Positions 43,594-55,844 of a stretch of 64,000 nucleotides of DNA are shown piece after piece (position 1 is the stretch's first letter; the number at the start of each line of letters is the position of its first letter). The notes beneath the pieces are model-generated. The model searched no databases. It saw only the letters and a program-made list of their open reading frames with translations, and was not told the origin of the DNA. A program made the translations under genes and the position numbers. The DNA is from Eledone cirrhosa (lineage: Eukaryota): the NCBI GenBank assembly GCA_964016885.1, contig OZ024756.1, positions 23,684,001 through 23,748,000 on the forward strand. Reading direction: 5' to 3'.

Positions 43594-43988
43594 TGTGTGT
43601 GTGTGTGACAGATGTGCTGTATATTCTGCATATGCAGCAGAACTAAAGAATAGAGCTTACACATCTGACAACTCATATTCTAAAACGTCTGACAACACAT
43701 ATTCTATCTAACACACCTGACAACGTATGTTCTAACACACATGACAACACATGCAGGAGGCAGCCATTCCCATCTAGAGGTATTTCACTATTCACCGCGA
43801 AACCTACAAGACAACCAATCAGGTAAAGAACCGATTCCTTTTTTTTTTTTTCAGTAACATACAGCCTGAAAGTTCACCCACCTCCCGAATTGAAGTCTTC
43901 TACTCTCTCATGAGCAGGCTGTTCTATTGAACGCACAACTGGACCACACGTCGTCGAGAGCGACGGAGGTCCATCAATCGCTCTCCCT

Positions 43989-44045
<57 letters not shown>

Positions 44046-45019
44046 CTCTCTCTCACTGTCTTATCTAGTGGTTAGGGTGTTGGACTTACAATCATAATGC
44101 CGTGGGTTCGATTTCTGGACCAGGTAGTGTGGTGTGGTATGGTGTGGTGTGGTGTGGTACGATGTGGTGTGGTGGGGTATGGTGTGGTGTGGTGTGGTGT
44201 GGTGTGGTGTGGTGTGGTGTGGTGTGGTGTGGTGTGGTGTGGTGTGGTGTGGTGTGGTGTGGTGTGGTGTGGTGTGGTGTGGTATGGTGTGGTGGAGTAT
44301 GGTGTGGTACGGTGTGGTATGGGGTGGTGTGGTGTGGTGTGGTGTGGTGTGGTGTGGTGTGGTGTGGTATGGTGTGGTGGGGTATGGTGTGGTACGGTGT
44401 GGTATGGGTGGTGTGGTGTGGTGTGGTGTGTTCTTGAGCAAAACGCTTAATTTCAAGTTTCTCCAGTACATGCAGCTACAAATGAATACCAACAGTAGCT
44501 GGGAGTTAACCTTACGATGGACTGTCGTCCAGTCCAGGGTAGTGGAGTGGAGCGGGAGTCTTGTACTCTCAGTTGTTTAACGCTGATGAAACCGAGATAA
44601 GCACCGGCTTGATGAGCCTCCGGGCTTTAATTTTTACTTCTAATCTTTCTATCCAACAGAGATTACAATCCTTCTATACCTTAGTCTTATCCCTCAATTC
44701 TCTTCTCTGTTACTTCTATCCGTCACTTCTATCCATGGACGCAGCATGGCCGAATGGTTAAGAAGTTCGGTTTGCAATCATTAGGTCTCGTGTTCGATCC
44801 TACTCTGGGGCATTTACCAACAGCCTTCGGTCAACTCAAACCTTGTGGGTGAAATTGGGCCGTCGGCATCTGATAGAAAACTCGTTGGATGGACTGTGTC
44901 TGTAATAATTTCTAATACACACTGTGTCACGCTGAATCTCCCTGAGAATTACGTCAAAGGTACACGTGTCAGTGTAATGCTCAACCACTTGCTAATAAAT
45001 TTAATCGAATTTCTCTTCG

Positions 45020-46210
45020 CCCCACCCTCGTCCTTTCAAATCACTAGCCTTGTTCCTAAATCAAAAACCATTATTACTGTTGAAATTGATAAAATAAAGT
45101 ATCAGTAACGAACTGGGGTTGATTTAATCGACTTTTTCTCCCCCAACGTCCCTTCAAATTGCTGGCCTTGTGCCTAAATTAGAAATCATTATTAGTTCTG
45201 AAGCTATACTGAAATGAGTAAACAAAACAGTAACTACGCAGTATAAAATGGTTCGCCATCCATATCTTCTCAGTAAAATATTTTGTATCATAGATTCTTC
45301 TTATGCTACCAAAATGTATACACGAAATGCAGACATGTGCTACATTCGAAATACGGGTTGGGTGGCAATTAACAATGAAATGCTAAGCTAAATTACCTTG
45401 AATTATTTACTTGCGTGTCATTATCGCCTGAGTTCAAATCCCACTGAGATCAGCTTTGCCTTTCAATCTAATGGGGTCAATAAAATAAAGTACCAGTAAC
45501 GCACTAGGGTCGATTTAATCGACATTTCTCTCCCTACCCCAAAAACTTTTTGGTCTTGTGTCTAAATCAGAAACTACGTGTTATTAAGTTCAGAGTTCAA
45601 ATCCCACTGAGACCAGCTTTGCATTTCATCCATCTACGTGATCGATACAATAAGACATCAGTGAACTACTGTCAGCCAATATAGTCAACTATACCCCACC
45701 CCTTCTTCTAAACGGGTGCTCCTCTGCTAATATTAGAAATCCACATTTAACTAGTTGTTTTTTTCTTGCGCCAATATAGGCGCCGAGGAATAGGCTGTGT
45801 CGTTAAGGAGTTAGGTTTGTGGTACATGTTCTGGCAATTGGTTGTGTCGTTAGAGAGTCGGGTTTGAGGTACATGTTCTGGTAATATGCGATCTGGGTTC
45901 AATTTCCGTAGAGGTCAACTTCGCTTTCCGTCGTTACTACATCAATAAAATATAATACCAGTCAAATACTGAGGTTGATTTAAGAAACTTTTCCCTTCAT
46001 CCCAAATTTGCTGACCTTGTGCCTGAATTAGAAACCGATATAGACAGTAACTATATAGCGAATTGGCAAAGTCGTTAGAACGTCGGATAGAATGCTTTGT
46101 GGTGTTCGTTTTGGTTCACTGCTCTCTGAGTTCAAATCTTGCCGAGATCAACATTGCCTTTCGTCTTTTCGAGGTCGATAGACAAAGTACCAATCTAGTA
46201 CTGATTTCGA
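45020..46210 (+). mobile_element. SINE family 1 cluster in plus orientation (older, diverged)
   Basis: gagttcaaatcccactgagatcagctttgcctttca...taaaataaagtaccagt repeated several times. Confidence 0.75.
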
Positions 46211-46223
46211 TTATTCCAACCTT

Positions 46224-46321
<98 letters not shown>

Positions 46322-46754
46322 TCTCTGATAGAAAACTACTGTGTTCAGACCGGAAAGAGATGGACTCCGCCAGGCGTAAAATGCCCTAGAAACACTGTAT
46401 GTCATTACGACACCCCTACGACTCCACCAGGAGTTACAGGACCATGCATGCATAAGCAATAAATTAATTTCTAATGTGTTGGCACGTGTGTTTTTTTCAT
46501 TCTTTCATTTGTCATTAGACTGGGGCCAACACACGGACACCTGGCGTTTGATCCGAACATTGAACAAACACTGAGCGAAGATGAGCCATCTGTCATCAGG
46601 AAAGATGAAGTAACCATTATTTCTTAACAGATAGGTTTAAACATCTACGCCTTATACTGGAATGCTGCTATTAAAAGATGAACTTTGGTATATAATAGAC
46701 GGAAAATTTCAAGGCCCTTGTTTGTTAAATGTATCTTTATTTGGTTATATGTAG

Positions 46755-46787
<33 letters not shown>

Positions 46788-46864
46788 ATCTATATACATA
46801 TATATAAATGTATCTATATATATGTATATATATATATGTATGTATATATATATATTTATATATG

Positions 46865-46903
<39 letters not shown>

Positions 46904-46959
46904 TTGTGTGTGTATGCATATATATATATATATTCATTTATATATATATACACACACAT

Positions 46960-47060
<101 letters not shown>

Positions 47061-47909
47061 CATACATACATAGATATATAACCACTCACTCTAATAGTAG
47101 GAAATATTCAAATGGTATAGTAATAGAATTGGTATTTTACTGCGTTACCTCTCACATACTAGTCTTCATGACATCACAGTAATATTCCTTCATTCTTTCA
47201 TTCTTCTAATTCTCGACCCTGACTGAATACCGAAAGTTGCTGAATAACTATGTTCGGTATTTGCGTGGTTAACAAGTTCGTTTCACGAACAGTTGGTTCT
47301 TGGCTCAGCCCCACTGCAGTTCTACCTTGGGTAAGGGTCTTATATTCTCCAGCCTCAGGTGGACCAATACATTGTGAATGGAATTTGGAAGACAGAAACT
47401 GTAGAAGCTTATAAAATTTTGTGAAATTATATCTCTATGTTAGTCTTTTTTTAATCTTGAACTATATATATATATGTGTGGGGGGGGGGTTCCGAATTGG
47501 GGCCGCGGTCTGGAATTTATATAAATAGATAGATTGATGGATAGATAGAGAGATAAATGTTTAAATATACATCATACAAACAAAATATACAGTACATACA
47601 TACATACTTACATACATACAAAATACATACACACATACATACATACATGAAATTAATGTGTAAGTGTCTGAGCATTACACAGACACGTTTATCTTTAACG
47701 TAATTCTCAGGGCGATTCAGTGAGACACAGTATATGATAAGGTTGGCCCTTTGAATAACAGGCACAAAACATCATCCGACTGACAAGGCATGAATCGACT
47801 CGAGTCTTTGGTAAAATGACACGTGTATCACGCAGTGAGATGGAACCGGGGCCTAATGATTGCAAAACGAACTCCTTAACTACTCGGCCATGATGTGTCC
47901 ACACCTGCC

Positions 47910-49100
47910 AATATTAATTGTTTCTACTTTTAGCACAAGGCCAGCAATTACCCAGTACATTACTGGTACTTTGGTTTATCGACCCCGTAAGGATGAAAGG
48001 CAAAGTTAACCTCGACGGGATTTGAACTCAGACCCTAATAGGACGTAATTATGCTAGAAAGCATGGCGGCCAACCCTCTACCGATACGGCCAATAACAAT
48101 TTTGGGGGAGAGGAAAGTCGATTAAAACGAGCCCAGTGCATGACTGGTACTTTATTTTGTCGACCACGTAAGAGTGAAAGGCAAAGCTAACCTTAGCCGG
48201 ATTTAAACTCAGCACCTGCCAATAATAATGTTTTCTACTTTAGGCACAATGCCAGCAATTTGAAGGGGAGGAGAAAGTCGATTAAATCTACCCCAGTGCA
48301 TTACTGATACTTTATTTTATCGACCCCGTAAGAGTGAAAGGCAAAGCTAACCTCAGCGGGATTTGAAATCAGAACATAAAGAGATGTAACTCTATGCTGC
48401 AAAGCATGTTGTCCGACGCACCACCGGTACTGCCAATCCTGCCAATAATAATGATTTATACTAAAGGCACAAGGCCAGCAATTATTCCAGTATATTACTG
48501 GTACTTTATTTTATCGACCCCGTAAGGATGAAAGGCGAAGTTTACCTCGGCGGGATTTGAACTCAGACCATAAAAAGCCGTCACTCTTTGCTGCAAAGCA
48601 TGGCGTCAGACCCTCTACCGATACTGCCAATCCACCGCCAATAATAATAATAATAATAATCCAGCCAATAATGATAATAATAATTTCTACTTTGGGCACA
48701 AGGCTAGCAATTTGGGGGCGAGGGGAAAGTCAATTAAATCGACCCAAGTGCGGTATTAGTACTTTATTTTATTGATCTTGTAGCGATAAAAGGCAAAGTT
48801 AACCTCGGCGGGATTTGAACTCAGAATGTAAAGGGACGAGACCATATGTTGCAAAGCATGTTGTCTGATACTCTACCGATTCTACTGCCAATCCATAATA
48901 ACATTAATTGTTTCTACTTTAGGCACAAGGCCAGGAATTACCCAGTGCATTACTGGTACTTTATTTTATCGACCCTGTAAGGATGAAAGGCAAAGTCAAC
49001 CTCAGCGGGATTTGAACTCAGATCGTTAAGGGACATAATTATGCTGGAAAGCATGGCGTCCGACCCTCTACCGATACTGCCAATCCACCTCCCACCGCCC
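47910..49100 (-). mobile_element. SINE family 1 head-to-tail cluster
   Basis: About 6 copies of the same consensus separated by (ATA)n-like tails. Confidence 0.85.
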
Positions 49101-49209
49101 ACCGTAATAACATTAATGAAGGTTATTGTGACATTAAACAAGAAAGACAATACACTGTAACACCCATTTGACATCCAAATGTTTCTTTAATAACTTCTCT
49201 CTCTCTCTC

Positions 49210-49262
<53 letters not shown>

Positions 49263-49266
49263 TATG

Positions 49267-49301
<35 letters not shown>

Positions 49302-49364
49302 ATGTGTGTGTGTGTGTGTGTGTGTGTACATCTGTCGGTTCATCTATCTATCTACCAATCTGTC

Positions 49365-49408
<44 letters not shown>

Positions 49409-49520
49409 CATGCATATATACATACATATATATACATTTGTATATACATATATATATATATATATACATATGTATATATATATACATATATATACATATT
49501 CACTCTCATTCACACACACA

Positions 49521-49571
<51 letters not shown>

Positions 49572-49718
49572 TCACTCTCACTCACACTCTCCCTCTCGCT
49601 CTCTTTCTCTCTCCAACTTGCACATCCTCGATGTTCTACAGGGTCAAAAAAGAAGGGAGGGTCGAATGGAGAGAGAAAGAGAGAGGCCGGAATACCTGTA
49701 GCTTCTCGCATTCACATA

Positions 49719-49902
49719 AGCACTTGAAAACTCGTAGCGAAAGCATGGTATGATACATGCTACCAAGTCACACTCAATTACAAATGACGGCTGTAGTTTA
49801 ACCTCTCTCTAGCACTTGAGAACCCGCAGCGAAAGCATGGTATGATACATGCTACCAAGTCATACTCAATTACAAATGGTGGCTGTAGTTTAACCTCTCT
49901 CT
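49719..49902. repeat. Tandem duplication of a 92-bp unit
   Basis: agcacttga...gcgaaagcatggtatgatacatgctaccaagtca...ggctgtagtttaacctctctct starts at 49719 and 49811. Confidence 0.85.
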
Positions 49903-49996
49903 CTCTCTCTCTTTTTCTCTCTCTAACTCCTTATCTATCTCTCTTTCTCTCTCTCTAACTCCTTATCTCACTCTCTTTCTCTCTAACTCTCACTTG

Positions 49997-50032
<36 letters not shown>

Positions 50033-50100
50033 AACTCCTTATCTCTCTCTCTTTCTCTCTAACTCTTAGTTTCTCTCTCTCTCTCACACTCTATCTATCA

Positions 50101-50144
<44 letters not shown>

Positions 50145-50451
50145 GCCCCCCCCCCCCCATTACTATCGCCATAGATGTTACCATCATCACATTCTCTACA
50201 TTCCAGACTGCAGCTTCCTTAACTAACATACAACAAGTATTAAAGAAATAACGCTAGTTGTTCCTCTTGTTTCGCTCATTAACTTTATTTGATAGTTGGG
50301 CCATTGCCACTGAAGTGATGGCAGCCCGGCTTAGAGATTTATATGTAATACATAGCCATACATACTTACATAAACATACATATACATACATAGACATATA
50401 CAGACATATATACATATATATATATACATATACATATATATATATATATGT

Positions 50452-50556
<105 letters not shown>

Positions 50557-50559
50557 TAC

Positions 50560-50670
<111 letters not shown>

Positions 50671-50671
50671 C

Positions 50672-50702
<31 letters not shown>

Positions 50703-50906
50703 CATATATACATATATATATACATATATACATATATATATACATATATATATACATATATACATATATATATATATATAGTGAAAACTTGGACGGGAAC
50801 AAAAACAGAGAGGCAATATATATATATTGGGTCGCCAAGTATGAAATTTGTAGAAATTTGTGTTTTTTTTCAACAAATTTCTACAAATTTCATACTTGAC
50901 GATCCA

Positions 50907-50994
<88 letters not shown>

Positions 50995-51319
50995 GATTGT
51001 TTTTTCCTGTATCTCATGTCTGTTATTTTGCCTGAGAAAATACCTTTATGTATATATAAATAATATGTACATAGATTTACTTTTTTAATATCCAGTTGAG
51101 TTCTTTCACACGTGGTTAGAATTACTAATAGGGTTCAATGACCTACGTGTATATTATTTTATGTTTTACGATGACCTCCCCTTCCCATTTGGGGACAGTG
51201 TGAAATTTCTTCTTGAAGGACTGCTGGACTTTCAAACTTAGCGGTCCTTCTAGCACTGACGGGGACCATCGCTCAATATTAATATCAATGTAGTTTTTTA
51301 TATTGATATTACTTGGGCA

Positions 51320-51445
51320 TCCACTGATGAGTTATAAGAGCCCCCTTGCATGGATATCTATGGATTGTATGCAAGCTTCTACATAACTTGGACATTATTT
51401 TCCCACCCTGTAGAAATCTTATAACGAAACAAACGATCGTATGGA
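51320..51445 (+). ncRNA. Type I hammerhead ribozyme motif with branched stem II
   Basis: UCCA-CUGAUGA-GUUAUAAGA-[77 nt]-UCUUAUAAC-GAAA-C-AAACGAUC-GUA-UGGA. Perfect 9-bp stem II with canonical G10.1-C11.1. Confidence 0.8.
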
Positions 51446-51634
51446 GAAAGAGATTTATTTAATTATGTCTCATATAAAATAATACAACCGACTATCCACG
51501 AAATACAATATAGTTAGCACCCCAAACGCTTAATTAAAATACTCAGGTATATCCTAATGTTTGTTGAGTGAGATGGGAGTCGGTCGGAGTATCGCTAAAA
51601 GCTTTCTCTGTTAATGTATTAAATATATATATAT

Positions 51635-51666
<32 letters not shown>

Positions 51667-51708
51667 AATGTATGTATGTGTGTATATATACATATATACA
51701 TTGCATTC

Positions 51709-51758
<50 letters not shown>

Positions 51759-51804
51759 TGTTTCTACTTTTGGCAAAAGGCCAGCAATTATCCCAAATAA
51801 TTAA

Positions 51805-53625
51805 TACCATTAAGTAAAAACTTATACCATTAAGTAAAATGCTCAATGAAACAAAACATGGATATAAAGTCTATGACAAAACCATTAATCACTTGTTCTA
51901 CATGGATGACCTGAAACTATTTGCAAAAAATGATGAACAATTGCAAGGGCTATTATCCACTGTGGAGCAGTTCAGTGATGACATTAAAATGGAGTTTGGA
52001 CTAGATAAATGCGCCAAAGCAACTTTCACCAGAGGAAAGCTGCTGAAAAGTTCGTATATTAATCTTAATCGGGGGAATGTGATAAGAGAACTTGATCAAG
52101 AGGAAACTTACAAATATCTAGGTGTTTGTGAAGGAGACCGAATCAAGCACTCGACAATGAGGGAAAGGATAAGGAAGGAATGTTACCGCAGAGTAAGAGC
52201 AATCTTAAGAACGGAATTGAATGCAAGGAACAGGATCGATGCCATAAACACGCTTGCCATACCAGTAGTAACCTACAGTTACAATGTCATCAACTGGTCA
52301 AGCACAGAGATCCGTAGGCTCGATACAAAAATTAGAAAATTCTTAACCATGCACAGAATGCATCACCCTAAGGCAGATACAGATAGAATATATCTCCCTA
52401 GGAAAGAAGGAGGATGTGGGTTAATCCAGTTAGATATTGCGTTGAAAACTGCAACAATTGGATTATCTACATATCTAAGGGAATCACATGATTGGATGAT
52501 TAAACTCGTTTTGAAACAGGAAAGCATCAAAAGATCATACTCCATTACAAAAGATGCACAAAGATACAGTAATGGACTACAAATTTCAGAAGTCCCATTT
52601 ACTGCTGAAATGGAAAACACAGAAAAAGCAAAGCAGGTAAAAGTAACTGCAAAGAAAGAACTGCTACAGAAACTGGCTAAGAAATGGCAAGAAAAGCCTC
52701 TGTATGGAAAATACCCAGAGCGAGCTAACAATCCTGATGTTGACAAAACTTTAACCCATCAGTGGTTGGCATCCTCTGGACTGAAATCGGAGACTGAAGG
52801 ACTGATTATATCAGCACAAGATCAGTGTCTGCCAAAAAAAATTGCTAAGCCAACATAATAAAAAATAGATGCAACCCATTATGCCGTGTATGTAAAAAAC
52901 AATCAGAGACCATTGATCATATAATCTCAATGTGCAGTCCTATAGCTCCAACCGAATACCTAAACAGGCACGACAGAGCTGCACAATACATACATTGGAT
53001 AATGTGTAAGCATTTTGACGTGCCCCATCAAACGAATTGGTGGGAGCATCAACCACCTCCCATACTTGAAAAAGATCACATCTCAATCTTGTGGAACTTT
53101 AGCATCCAAACAGACCGAAAAATAGATGCAAATAGACCTGATATAATACTGACGGACTTTAAAAAGAGGGTATGCCTGCTAATTGATATGTCCGTTCCAA
53201 TAGACAAGAATGTATCTATAAAAACATTTGAAAAATTGAGCAAGTATAAGGACCTGGAGATAGAAATTGGAAAAATGTGGAAATTGAGAACTAAAACAAT
53301 ACCAGTGGTTGTAAGCGCTCTAGGAATGATACCTAAGGGGTCTAATGATTACTTATCGCAAATCCCAGGAAACCCGCGTATAGGAGAAATACAAAAGATA
53401 GTACTAATATTCTGTCAATATAAGTACATCACAAGTCTAAACACCTAAAGATGCATGTGTGAGTATGTATGTTCTTTCTTGAACATGGCGGACCTTGTTG
53501 TCTCTTGAGGTCACTGGTTGTGACTTGGTGATAACTCGTATGAACATAAAGCAAGATAAATGCAACTGTAATAATAATAATAATAATAATGATAACAATA
53601 ATAATAATAATAATAATAATAATTT
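51805..53625 (+). mobile_element. 5'-truncated R4/Dong-clade non-LTR retrotransposon (RT C-terminal half, zinc knuckle, restriction-like endonuclease)
   Basis: ORF 51839-52858 contains NHLFYMDDLKL, FGLDKC and YKYLG. A frameshift near the A-run at ~52840 is followed by CRVCKKQSETIDHIISMC and RPDI...LIDMSVP...KLSKYKDL (52930-53448). It ends in an (ATA)n tail, and another (ATA)n tract lies just upstream, as expected for TAA-targeting Dong elements. Confidence 0.9.
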
Positions 53626-53648
53626 CTTGAGATTTTTATATGATTTTT

Positions 53649-53654
53649 TTTATT
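53649..53654 (-). terminator. Candidate AATAAA polyadenylation signal of the IMPA gene
   Basis: First AATAAA on the minus strand, ~115 nt after the stop codon. The context is AT-rich, so chance occurrence is possible. Confidence 0.4.
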
Positions 53655-53768
53655 TTTTATAATAACAATAATAACAATATTTCAACATTCATAGATAGCT
53701 TGGGGTGGGGAGTGGGTTGGGGGTCAATGGGCTGGAAAAAGTTCAATTGAAGATGAAAATGAAATTCT

Positions 53769-53875
53769 TTAATCTGATATAAACTCTTGTGGTTTAACTT
53801 GACTTCTCAATTGATTGGCCAAACTCCGAGAAGAACAACACAAAATCCGTCGATTCATCATGTCCAGTTTTCCTC
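53769..53875 (-). CDS. IMPA: Inositol monophosphatase, terminal coding exon (GGKLDMMNRRILCCSSRSLANQLRSQVKPQEFISD*)
   Basis: aaacag| acceptor in phase 1. Resembles IMPA1 GPFDLMSRRVIAA. TAA stop at 53771-53769. Confidence 0.92.
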
Positions 53876-54171
53876 CTGTTTAAATAGAGTATTGTTTTAA
53901 ATTTAAAAAATGGACATTTTAAAAAGGTCTGACTCATTCTACATTTTTATCATGGCGGCACATTGTGTCCTTGAGTACGACACTTTATTTCATTTTATGT
54001 TCCAGTTCACACTGCTGGCAAGAATAAATAATAAATTGTATTGTACTTGTAACTCAAAGGATCAACTTTCCCATGCTATATGTCACGTAATCACACTGAA
54101 TCTCCCTGAGAACTACGTCAAAGGTGCATGTCAGTCTAATAACAATTCTTATATATATATATATATATATT

Positions 54172-54275
<104 letters not shown>

Positions 54276-54739
54276 TATTGTTGCTCTGAAATAGCGATGT
54301 ATACATGAATGTATGTATAGTATATTTGGCAATATACTGTATGTTTAATTAAATACATTCATATATACATCGCTGTTTCAGAGCACCAATACTAATACCT
54401 AATGTTTGCTGGACCGGCAATCGCTCTGTGTAATCAGCTCTTGATTATTACTGGAATTCTATAAGAATGCAGCTTCTATAATTTTCGGCAAAGGCAGGGG
54501 AGTGCGTGGTTTTGATAAACGCCAAACAGCAAGAAACAGACTGTGAGCCTCTCTTCCTGCCTTTGCCGAAAATAAGTGACATAGTCACTACTTTAAAGCT
54601 GATAGCGAATGGTCTTCTAAATGTTTTTAATTAAACATGCGGTATATTACCAAATATACTATACATACAAGATTTCACAGCTCTAGCATCACTTCTTCAT
54701 AGTCAGCTTATGACTATGAAGGAGTTATTTAACCCAAGA

Positions 54740-54793
<54 letters not shown>

Positions 54794-54844
54794 GAAATAT
54801 ATATATATATGTGTTTGTGTGTGTGTTATTAATAATTTACTTAC

Positions 54845-54999
54845 CATTATTAGGATCCATTACTGAGGCTCCAGCTTCAGATGCAATCAATATACCTGCT
54901 GCGATATCCCATACGTGGATTCCATATTCAACAAAGGCATCGGCTTGACCAAATGCAACTCCACACAAATCTAGAGCTGCTGAACCCTGGGCCCTTATC
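54845..54999 (-). CDS. IMPA: Inositol monophosphatase, internal coding exon (155 nt; IRAQGSAALDLCGVAFGQADAFVEYGIHVWDIAAGILIASEAGASVMDPNN)
   Basis: caacag| acceptor and |GTAAGT donor. Contains GSAAL and the metal-binding WDxAAG...EAG motif of the IMPase family. Phase 2 to 1. Confidence 0.96.
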
Positions 55000-55099
55000 C
55001 TGTTGACAGAAATAGAAAGAGAAAAACAGTATTTTAGTTTGCAGATCAGAAGAGATATTTGAATTTTTTTTTAATGATAATTTTTATTATATCATTGAT

Positions 55100-55288
55100 C
55101 TCCCCGAGCAAGGTGGTTGGATAATATTCATGAGCTCGGCCAGTTTCGCTTGAGGATCCAGTCAGATCAAAAGAAGACGGTTACTTCTGACAAGACCTGC
55201 TGGAAGGAGTGTTTGGGCACTCTGCCCCTCCCCCCACGCGCACACACAGACACACACATGAAACTCTCAGGAAGAAGAAGAAGAAGAA

Positions 55289-55365
<77 letters not shown>

Positions 55366-55475
55366 AGAAGAAGAAGAAGAAGAAGAAGAAGAAGAAGAAG
55401 AAGAAGAAGAAGAAGAAGAAGAAGAAGAAGAAGAAGAAGAAGAAGAAGAAGAAGAAGAAGAAGAAGAAGAAGAAG
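55100..55475 (+). mobile_element. Short 3' fragment of the same RTE family with expanded (GAC)n(GAA)n tail
   Basis: gttacttctgaca...tggaaggagtgtttgggcactctgcccc matches the 3' end of the 16.8 kb copy. Confidence 0.75.
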
Positions 55476-55844
55476 CCCCCCCTCTGATGTTTTGTAAAAA
55501 TTCCTCTAGTATTAAAATTTACGAGAGTCGACTGTAAAGTCCATAGAAGAAGACTTATAATGAGGCTGACATTGGATTTTTTACATGATACGACCGCAAA
55601 TATTACGATTCGAACTGAAAATCTAAACTATAATAAAGTAAGGAGCGCGGTAATGCCTACGCTTTGTAATTTATTATCCCATTAGTAAAATAAGTTGGAT
55701 TATTTTGAATAAATAATGAATGAATATTACATAATTTATCTACTAACTTTCGTGGTTGTTGATTAAATATATTTTATTGTTTATTTGAAGATTCCCTACT
55801 TTAAAATTTTCAAATGTTAACACTTCTGGTTAGTGATCGCAAAA

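Noticed and set aside
46560-46610. CTGATGA on the minus strand
   Set aside because: No matching stem II-GAAA-UH arrangement found.
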